Assembly (NCBI GenBank): GCA_951804945.1 | Contig: OX638151.1 | Coordinates: 55,428,001 to 55,492,000 of the forward strand | Length of the DNA: 64,000 bases | Source: Podarcis cretensis | Lineage: Eukaryota | Direction of reading: 5' to 3' | Shown: piece after piece, positions 28,501 through 39,206 of the stretch | Layout of the letters: every line of letters begins with the position of its first letter | Numbering within the stretch: position 1 is the stretch's first letter | Made by a program: the position numbers and the translations under genes | The notes under the pieces: generated by a model | Database searches by the model: none | Seen by the model: the letters and a program-made list of their open reading frames with translations, nothing else | Told to the model about the DNA's origin: nothing

Positions 28501-31500
28501 CAAATACAAGGAACATTATTGACATTTTGGAACTCTTGCAAACAAATATTAATACAAAAGCAGTGCTGATATTTATAGATGCGGAGAAGGCCTTTGACAA
28601 CATTTCTTGGAAGTTTATGAAGAAAAAGTTGGAAGGAATGGGAGTGGGGCGGGGGTTTGAGAATGGGATAGAGGCAATCTATTCAGAGCAGAAGGCAAAA
28701 TTGATAGTGAACAATGTGGTGACGGAAGAGTTCAAAATTGAAAAAGGAACACAACAAGGCTGTCCTATTTCCCCCTTGTTATTTATATCGGTCCTGGAAG
28801 TGCTTTTAAATATGATTAGAGGAGACCGGTTGGTGGAGGGTGTTCAGGTCGGAGCGAAACAGTATAAACTTAAAGCATTTGCAGATGACCTAGTATTGAC
28901 CTTACAGGAGCCAGAGCCTAGTACTAAAAGGGTACTGCAACTGATTTATGAGTTTGGTCGGGTGGCGGGATTTAAACTTAACAAGCAAAAAACTCTACCG
29001 GTATTAAATTTACTGCATGTAATGCTCTAAAAGAAAACATTATGAAGATGATCTACCGGTGGTACATGACTCCAGTCAAGCTTGCAAAAATTTATCATCG
29101 GCCTAACAATAAGTGTTGGAAATGCAATGAGACTGAAGGCACCTTTTACCACCTTTGGTGGACCTGCCCAAAGATTAAAGCTTTCTGGGAAATGATCTAT
29201 AATGAAATTAAGAAGGTCCTTAAATGGACTTTTCCTAAGAAACCAGAGGCTTTCCTCTTGGGCATGGTTGGCCAATTGGTGTTAAAGAGGGATAGGATCT
29301 TCTTTATGTATGCCACCACAGCAGCAAGAATTCTACTGGCGAAGTATTGGAAGATGCAAGAACTACCTACTCTGGAGGAATGGCAAACAAAGGTAATGGA
29401 CTTTATGGGACTGGCTGAGATGACGGGCAGAATTCGCGACCAGGGGAAGGAGACAGTGGAAGAGGACTGGAAGAAATTTAAAATATACCTTAAAAACTAC
29501 TGTAATATTGAGGAATGCTAAGATGTCAGGGGGTAAGAAGCAGAGAATTGCAGTTGTAACTAATAAGCTAAAGGAAACTTAATGAAAGGGAATTAGGATA
29601 ATTGACTAAAGGGTTGCTAAAGAATCACTAAACAAGGATGCAGGGATGGGGAGGTATGGGGAAGTCATAAGAAAGAAGGGAATGAAAATATAATCTTGAA
29701 GTTATATTGGTTTAAATGTTTTGTATATTTTTGTTTGTGTTTTGAATTTTTTGTTTTTCTGTTTTGTATTGTTTCTATTATATGTTTGGAAAACGAATAA
29801 AAATTATTAAAAAAAAAAATAAACTTAACAAGCAAAAAACTAAGGTTCTGGAAAAAAATTTGACCTCTTCGGAATCAGAAAGGTTTCAGAAAGAGACAGA
29901 ATTACATGTGGTTAAAAAAGTAAAATACCTAGGGGTAAACATAACAGCGAAGAACATGAATTTATTTAAAGATAATTATGAAAAATGTTGATCTGAAATT
30001 AAAAGGGATCTAGATGTTTGGTCAAGACTGAAACTTTCCTTGTCAGGACGTATTGCTGCTATTAAGATGAATGTACTGCCAAAAATGTTGTTCTTGTTTC
30101 AAACGTTGCAGATTGTGGATAAAATGGAGTGTTTTGGGAGGTGGCAAAGAGATATCTCCAAATTTGTCTGGCAGGGCAAAAAGCCCAGAATTAAGTTTAA
30201 GATACTAACTGATGCTAAAGAAAGAGGGGGCTTTGCCCTGCCAGACTTAAAGCTGTACTATGAATCAGCAGCTTTCTGCTGGTTGAAAGATTGGCTACTT
30301 CTTGAAAACACTGATGTTTTAGATTTGGAAGGATTTAACAATGCTTTTGGTTGGCATGCATATCTGTGGTATGACAAGGTTAAAATACATAAGGCTTTCA
30401 AGAATCATGTTGTCAGAAAAGCAGTCTTTAATGTCTGGTCAAAGTATAAGGGTTTATTGGAAAACAAGACCCCAAGGTGGCTATCATCAATGGAGGCTAA
30501 GGCCCCGAAAAGACTCAATATGGAGGCCAAATGGCCGAAATATTGGGAAATAATAGAAAAAGATGGAGACAATTGGAGGTTGCAGAGTATGGAGAAACTA
30601 AAGGGGAAAGTGCGAGATTGGTTTCATTATGCACAGATTAAAGAAGCTTTTAAGTCAGATAAAAAATTAGGATTCCAGGTGGAAAAATCAAAGCTAGAAA
30701 CAGAATTGTTAGAACCCAGCTCTAAGATACTTTCAAGAATGTATAACTTGCTGCTAAAATGGAATACACAGGATGAAACGGTCAAATCAGCGATGATAAA
30801 ATGGGCACAGGACATAGGGTACAACATTATGTTTGCTGACTGGGAAAAGTTATGGACCACAGGTTTGAGATTTACGGCATGTAATGCCTTGAAAGAAAAC
30901 ATTATGAAAATGATATATAGGTGGTACATGACTCCAGTCAAGCTTGCAAAGATATACCATTTGTCTGACAATAAATGTTGGAAGTGCAAAGAAGCTGAAG
31001 GAACATTCTTTCACCTCTGGTGGACTTGCCCTAGAGTGAAGGCCTTCTGGGAAATGATATATAATGAGCTGAAAAAGGTATTTAAGTATACCTTCCCTAA
31101 GAAACCAGAGGCCTTTCTTTTAGGCATTGTCGGCCAGAGTGTGCAAAAGAAGGATCGAACTTTTTTTATGTACGCTACAACAGCAGCAAGGATACTCATC
31201 GCTAAATGCTGGAAAACTCAAGATCTGCCCACACTGGAAGAATGGCAGATGCAACTGATGGACTATATGGAATTGGCTGAGATGACTGGCAGAATCCGAG
31301 ACCTGGGAGAAGAACTGGTGGAGGAGGACTGGAAGAAATTTAAGGATTATCTACAAAAACATTGTAAATTGCATGAATGTTAAGAAAGATGTAAGATTTG
31401 TAATAATACGGCTCCAACAAATTAGTAATAAGGAATATAAATTTGAGCGTAATTGAAAGAAAAGACAAATTTTGGATTAACAATATTCTAAAACTAAGAT

Positions 31501-34500
31501 TTCAAAAGTGTGAGTTAAATTCTAAAATTTGAGATTTAATATTGGATAATTATATGATATGAATTGAAATAAGCAAACAATTTGCTAGCAAAATTTATGA
31601 GTTCAGAATGCAGGAACAAGAGATGTGAGGAAGTCCAAAGATGAGAATGAAATGTGGAGATTTGAAAAGACTATGTTACTGATGTATGTTTTTCTGTATT
31701 GTTCAAAAAATTGTTAATAAATATTATTAAAAAAAAAAATACAAGAGATGTATACATTTTTAAATAAACTATCAGATTCTATGCAGTTTACGAAATGATC
31801 TTTTGCAGTTGAACTGGGTTTTGGAGTAGTTTGCTGGTCCTGCTATATTTTTTGTGTGTCTGTCCAGCTTTTTAATTAGATTAGAAAAATAATGGCTTGC
31901 CACAGGGAAAGCTTAGCAGGGTACAACGCCTGCTGCGAGCAATTCCAATTAGTGTTGCTAATGACGTGTCAGCATTGCTCTGTCCCTTTGATTGTTTGCC
32001 AAAGAGAAGGCTTTTATGACAAACTGAGGAGAGCCAAACAAGGAAAAACAGAGAATACAGTGGATTAATTCAGCAAGCAGCAACTAGGTCAGTGGTTCTC
32101 AACATGTGAAGTGCTTCCATAGTGAAATATGGGGGAGGTTGGCGTTCCCCTGTGACATCTTCCTAGTATACTGTATGTTCTAACTGGGCCAGGAGGCAAA
32201 GTTCCAATGCTTGTGTTGATTGGCTGTGCCAGGGACCAATAGGGTGGCTATCAGTGTGTTCTCCAAAGCTTCCTTTTAAGGTAGTATGGTGGACTTACGT
32301 GCCCTATTTCCTATGTTTAAAAATTCATCACACGAAATGGTCCTGCTGAAGGGAGAAGTATCATATAATAAACCAGAGCATTCACATTAGTGTGTGGACT
32401 CCTGAAGCCCATCAGATGCAATTTTTAACTTCACCACTTTTTGAGGGAGTTATTATTTAAGTGAGGCTTCCAAAGGACTGAGCATCTGCATGAATGCTCC
32501 AGCTCACATGGTATCTCCTCAATGTAGCTATGGCAATGGGACTACTCTGTGTAGATATTTAAATGAATGAAATGGGGCTGTGGATCTCTGGGCCCGCTTC
32601 CTTTTCATGTATGTATGGGCAGGGTAGTTCGCAAACAGCTATGAATCAAGTCACCCCTGGTTTGAATATCATAAATTGACTGAGACCAACCTCAGACCTC
32701 TACTCCTCAAAATGAAGATAAAACTGCCCTCTCTTTACATGGGGGCTGTACAAATTACAGGAAGATAATATATGTGATATGCTCTGAACAGACTTGAAGC
32801 TCTGCATAAACACAATACTTAAATTGAATTACTTAATTCAATACATGTGTTGAGCTGGGGTGAGGAACCTAGGGTCTTCCAGATGTTGCAGGACTCTTGA
32901 ACTCTCAATAGTATACTCCAGCAACTTCTAGAGGGCTACAGTTCCTCAGCCAACCCAGGACAATCATTTCAAGCCTTTAAAAAAATTATCTAACATGAGT
33001 TGTGCTGTTTTCCTAAAGTGTTTCATAGTCATCATTTTAGCAAACCTTACAAGAGTTGTGATGATATTATACCATTACATTATAGATGGGGGAGAACCTG
33101 AGAACCCAGTGAATTCATAGCCAAGGCAAGATTTGATCTATAGAACTCCCTGGTCTTCCGTCTCCACCTCCTTTACATTATCCCTAATGCAACACTGTGC
33201 TATGTGGGGTGATTGTGATATCTATCAGCACAAAAGTCTCATTTTTTCCACTTACGTTTTCCGAGTCTTGCACCGCCCAAGAACTGATCACGTAAACCAA
33301 ACGATGCTTGATCCCAGACAGTTAAGTCCAGACAAGATTGCTGCAGCTGAGATGCGGTAACCCCATTAAAGACAAACAAGTGGTTCCATTGTGGCTGGGC
33401 TTGTTTCTTCAGCACAGGAGTCCTTTGTTTTAAGTCACGTTGCCCCAGGATGCAAAGGCAGCTTCCCAAAGAGAAAGTTAGAAACCATTCAGTGAGATTT
33501 ATGACAGGGAAAAGGTGAGGGCACAATCCAGCTAAAGTTATGCATTTTCAGTCTCCTTGATTTCAGTGAGGAAGTTGAGCATGCCCCATTTGAAAGCAAC
33601 AGGGACTTTAAAGTGCTCAACTTTGACTGAACTCTGCCCCTACTTTGCAGAACAAACCAGTATCTCATGGCACCTTGAAGTCTGACATTTATCGAGGCTT
33701 GAGATACAATTAATGCAGGCATCAAATGAAGCAGGCGCTAGCCTACAAAGGTTCATATACAATTCATGAATTGTTAAGGTACCAAAATACAATGCCATTT
33801 TTTTTCTTGCCACTGACTAACTAACGTAGCTACTCTTCTTGAATTACTTCAGGAAAGTTTTATAAAATACCTTACAATCCTTCAATTCTGTTGGTCTTTC
33901 TGTTTTTACTATAGGAGACTTTAAATAAAGCAGGGGTAAGGAACCTTCCTCCTGCCAACCTAGCAGTTTGAAAGCACGTCAAAGTGCAAGTAGATAAATA
34001 GGTACCGCTCCGGCGAGAAGGTAAATGGCGTTTCCGTGCGCTGCTCTGGTTCGCCAGAAGCGGCTTAGTCATGCTGGCCACATCACCCAGAAGCTGTATG
34101 CCGGCTCCCTTGGCCAATAAAGCAAGATGAACGCCGCTACCCCAGAGTCGGCCATGACTGGACCTAATGGTCAGGGGTCCCTTTACTCTTTACCTTTAAG
34201 GAACCTTCAGTGCATGGGCATAATTAAACCTGGCACATATCACAGTTTGGCCAGAGAGGCAGTTTTGCAGCTTTTCACCAAACCTTGCCCACCAAACCTT
34301 GCACGTGACGTCATAAATGACATTGGGTGGGCAGATAAGGGCATGGCCACAAAAGAACAACCATGAGCTTAACGTGAGCTCTTGACTGCTCCTTTGCATG
34401 TAGGGTTTACTGACAACATCAGTCAACTGATCAGTTGATCCCAGCTCATCAGGCTGTACTAACTGTACTAACTACCAGTACAGGGAGCCCCTTTGAACTT

Positions 34501-34620
34501 TGACAGGTGGGCAGGGCCTTTTGTCTGTTAATGCTGGTCCACAGGGAGGGGCCAGATTAAGCATCTGGTCCCTGGCTGGATCCAGTTCCCCACTCCTGAA
34601 CTAAGGTCTTGTCCCTCATC

Positions 34621-34656
<36 letters not shown>

Positions 34657-37600
34657 TCTTCTTGACTTTGGCAGTTACAAGGCTGTACCATTTTGGGGCT
34701 GCTAATCACTACAATTCTTACTGGCCAGTATTACTGCTTCTAACCATTTCCCCAGGGGTAGCACACAAGGGACCTGCATGGACAGGTACCATTCCTGTGC
34801 CACAGTACAGTGCACATCATCCCCCATCTCTTGGCAAAAGCTCTTTGCCTTTCATGACAAGTAGCTTCAGGGGGATTTTGCAGTGAAAAGCAGCGGGCAA
34901 GAAAAGAGTTAAGCACCTCCTCATTCTACTGCATCATTAGCTATGCCCAATTGTTTTTCTTTCCTTTTTTCAAAGAAAGTGTCAGGATTCTGTTATACAT
35001 GTTTAAACTGGCTAAACTAAGTCTGGGAGGAAGGGAATACTAAGGCTGTGAAAGCTGTCTCCTCTTTATATTCTCCCATACAGACAAGGCCGGCGTTTCT
35101 TAGAAATGCATGTCTGCCACCCTTTTGGCCAAAATCAGGACCTGACATGCATGCGACTAGAAAGGAATCCAGCCTCTGGAAGAATGAAGCTGCATGCTCC
35201 TGGCAACTCTCTTTGCAGGAAGAAGGCAGCTACATTTTGCATCACTTACAGTTACTAGCCAACTGAAGATTTCAACCTTGATCACACCTTTGTCTTCAAG
35301 GCCTTTTTGGTGAGAAGGTGATGCTGCCAATTGATATAACATTCTTATCTTGTACATATTTTTACTTCCTCCATCTCAGTCATCTGTCAACTACAAGCTA
35401 ACCACCATGGTCACTATATCTTTTTGCATTTTAAACCCAAGTCACAGAATTGGACCAATCTTGGGCTCACTCTGTGATGCCCAGAAATATTCTGCCATGC
35501 AGATGATAATGTCTACAATCCACCTATAGTTAAACAGCTTTAATGCCATCATTTTGACAGGAGATATTTAAGCCCATACTTAACTATTCCCACTGAAATG
35601 AGAAGAATTGCAAAGGGTGTACCAGTGGTTTGTTGAGCATAAGGTTAAGCTGCACACACTTAACAGTTACCTGATTTTACATATAAGGTTTTCTCTTAAA
35701 CTAACTTTCAAAAAGTTTAATGCATGATAAATAATAAAACAATTACATTTTAAACAGCATTGCAAACCATACCCTTTAACAAATGTGTTCAATAGGCCAT
35801 CAGGTCTTAGCATAGGCAAGTTGTGGGCTCCAAGAACTAGAAGTTGAAGCTGGTACTCAGGATGTGCTTTTTCTTCCATCCCTGAAAGAGGGCAGAAACC
35901 AGCAGAGAGTCATCACAGTGTTTAGGGTAAAATGTCTAGGTGCTATCAGCTGCCAAGGAGATTATGAAAAGAAGACCAAAATGCTACAATATCTTACAGA
36001 CTAACACAAACCCCCAACCTGCCATGCTAGAGGGAGGTTTGGAGGGGAAGTGTCCTTTCATATAGCCCCACCACTGGCAAGAGAGTTTTGTTGATGAGGA
36101 ACACTCCAATGTGCCCTCCCAAATGGCAGACAGTGGAGATTCCAGAAACAGAGTGCTGCAGGAGTGTGGAGAGAAAGGGACGGGCTGGGCAGGCACAGGA
36201 TGTGCTGGATCTTGAGCAGGCCCTGCTGCTGTCAGGAACAGTCCTGATCTGGGTCTCTTTGCTGTACCAGCCAGGAGCTGGCATAGTATTTTTCCTGACC
36301 CCACCCACCTTCCAGTGCCAGCAGTGAAACAGTGATAGCTAGGCTACTCCATTGAGACCTACTACTGCTAGTCAAGGGTTTGGATTGCTCCCTAAATAGT
36401 TTAGTGTGGGGGCAGCAAATAAAAAAAAGTGGGTGCCTGCACCCACACACAGCACTCAGAATCACCCACTTTAGGCAGTTGCCTTATTCTGTCTGATAGT
36501 AGGGCAAGTCCTGTGCCAGAGATGAATTAAGACTAATGACTTCCATCATAATCCATAGAATCATCAACACTGCTAGAAGCCACATCACAAATGGTGAATG
36601 CTATGCAAGAGCTATTTGGCAGTCTAAATCCTTAGTGTGATAAAAACCTAAGACCCAGGGACAGAGGGCTGAGTATATGTGTTGTTGCTGTGCCCCATGA
36701 CAGTCATTTTGTGTTTTGCCACACACCCCACAGCAGCCATTTTGTGACCAGTGCCCACAAACTTTCCTTAAAATTCCAAATATGTCCACTGGCCCAAAAA
36801 GGTTGGCGATCCCTAAACAAGTGAATGTCACTTTTGAGGACTTTACATAAACTGACACAGAGTTTTAATAGCAAAGTTAATACATACGGTGCTTTGTATT
36901 TTCTTTCCCATGCTCACCATATTGGAACTTGTTATGTAGGGAAGGTGAAACCAGCTTTGCACGCACCAGAAGTTCTCCACTGTACTGGAGTACATTATCT
37001 CCAGGCTTTTCGGGCTATACAGAAGTTGAGAGAAGAATACACACAAACATAGTTGACAGCTTGTGATTGCCCTGTGCCTTTCCTCTCTTCTCATAATTAA
37101 TTCATATAATCAGTTGTGACATTATTCTCAAATGATAAACAGGTCAAGCCTGAAAGTCTACCTGCAATAATCACAGTTATTAGACACTAACAGGAATAAC
37201 TGATCTCATATTTCAATGACCCCATACTATAAAACTGAATAAGCAGCTAAACTTTCATCTAGGGCAAGACCACGGATCCATAATTTTCTTTTTGTTCCAG
37301 TTACAGATAGGTAGCCATGTTGGTCTGCCATAGTCAAAACAAAATAAAAAAATTCCTTCCAGTAGCACCTTAAAGACCAACTAAGTTAGATAAAACCACA
37401 GCGGACTTTGCTACCAAACTCTGCCAATTTGTCCTTACCCACAACAACTTCAAATTCGGTGATGACCTGTTCCTTCAGATCAGCGGCACAGCAATGGGCA
37501 CCCGCATGGCTCCACAGTATGCCAACATCTTCATGGCGGATTTAGAACAACGTTTCCTAAACTCCTACCCACTCAAACCTCTCTTGTACCTGCGATACAT

Positions 37601-39146
37601 TGATGATATTTTTATCATCTGGACACATGGTCAACAGACCCTGGACACCTTCCACCAGAAATTCAATGATTTTTACCCCACAATCAACCTAACAATGAAT
37701 CAATCTATGCAAGAAATACATTTTTTGGACACTACTATAAAAATACAGGATGGGCGCATAGACACCACCTTATACCGTAAACCAACTGACCGACAAACAT
37801 ATCTACATGCCTCTAGCTACCATCCCAAACATACCAAACAGTCCATTGTATATAGCCAGGCACTACGTTACAGCCGCATCTGTTCCAATTCTACAGACAG
37901 AGACTCTCACCTAAGAGATCTACAGCAAACCTTTTTAGAACTAAAATACCCAGCAGATGAAGTCAGACAACAGATCAACAGAGCCAGACTGATACCCAGA
38001 GAGAACTTGCTGCAAGACAGACCCAAAAAAGAAAATAACAGAACACCTCTAGTCATCACATACAGCTCCCAAGTTAAAACAGTACAACGCATCATCAGAG
38101 ATCTACAACCTCTCCTGGACAATGACAGTTCTCTTTCTTAAGCTCTGGGAGGAAGACCTTTCATTGCCTACAGACAGCCACCCAATCTTAAACAACTCCT
38201 AACCCACAATAATACTACAACCAGACTTAACACGGACACTGGCACCAGAGCCTGCAATAAACCCAGATGCCAACTTTGCTGCCACATACACCCGGACAAC
38301 ACCATTACTGGCCCCAACAACATCACACATACCATCTCGGGACTATTTAATTGCTCATCGTCTAACATTGTGTATGCCATCAAATGCCAACAGTGTCCTT
38401 CAGCTCTCTATATTGGACAAACAGGCCAAACCTTACGCCAAAGAATAAACGGACATAAATCTGACATCAGGAATCACAAGACAGAGAAACCAGTAGGAGA
38501 ACACTTCAATCTCCCAGGACATTCTATACAAGATCTCAAAGTAGCTGTTCTATTACAAAGGAATTTCAGAAATAGACTGGAAAGAGAAGCTGCTGAATTG
38601 CAACTTGTTACCAAACTTAAAACCATGGAGAGACCTGGTCTGAACAAAGACATTGGATTCTTATCTCATTATACATGACAAAGCCATTTTTCACCTTCTC
38701 ACCCCTTGCTTTTTCCTGTAAGACCTATTGCAGTCGTTAAGAGTCGTCAACAGGCTCATCACAGCTATCTGCCAATCACCCAATCCCACCACCCTTCTGA
38801 GTAATACCCCTCCCCACCTTCTCACTATATAGAAGGGTCTGGTGACTTCTGTTTCAGTGTATCTGAAGAAGTGTGCATGCACATGAAAGCTCATACCAAG
38901 AACTAACTTAGTTGGTCTTTAAGGTGCTACTGGAAGGAATTTTTTTATTTTGTTTTTTCTTTTTGTTAAAAATATAGTGACAGGTTAGGAGGTGACTCGA
39001 GGTGACTCAGCTATCAGGATGAATGTCTAAAGACTTAATCAATTTCTTTGATGACACTATCCATCTCATTATAGTGGACAAAGTAAGTTTGCATCAGAAT
39101 GTTGGGATTTAAAAGCATACACTGTATATTCATATACAAACATACT

Positions 39147-39206
<60 letters not shown>

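Larger units (their letters stand above)
26388..31383 (+). pseudogene. L1 ORF2p (APE endonuclease + reverse transcriptase), disrupted
   Basis: SWNING, LQETH, GDMN, SDH (APE); [26 protein letters not shown] (RT); CWKC...HLWWTC. Segments 26388-27753 + 28162-28994 + 29842-31383 = 3741 nt in one frame, with premature TGA at 28305 and 29989. Confidence 0.95.
24332..31739 (+). mobile_element. Full-length L1 (LINE-1 clade) retrotransposon with two nested insertions, antisense in the last SYTL3 intron
   Basis: 17-bp TSD TACAAGAGATGTATACA (24315-24331 / 31740-31756); CpG-rich 5'UTR, ORF1, ORF2 (APE-RT-Cys motif), AATAAA and poly-A tail. Confidence 0.97.

Noticed and set aside
29042-29521. Possible assembly duplication of the L1 3' end
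   Set aside because: About 22% protein divergence, a different 3'UTR and a 22-bp TSD show a separate insertion.
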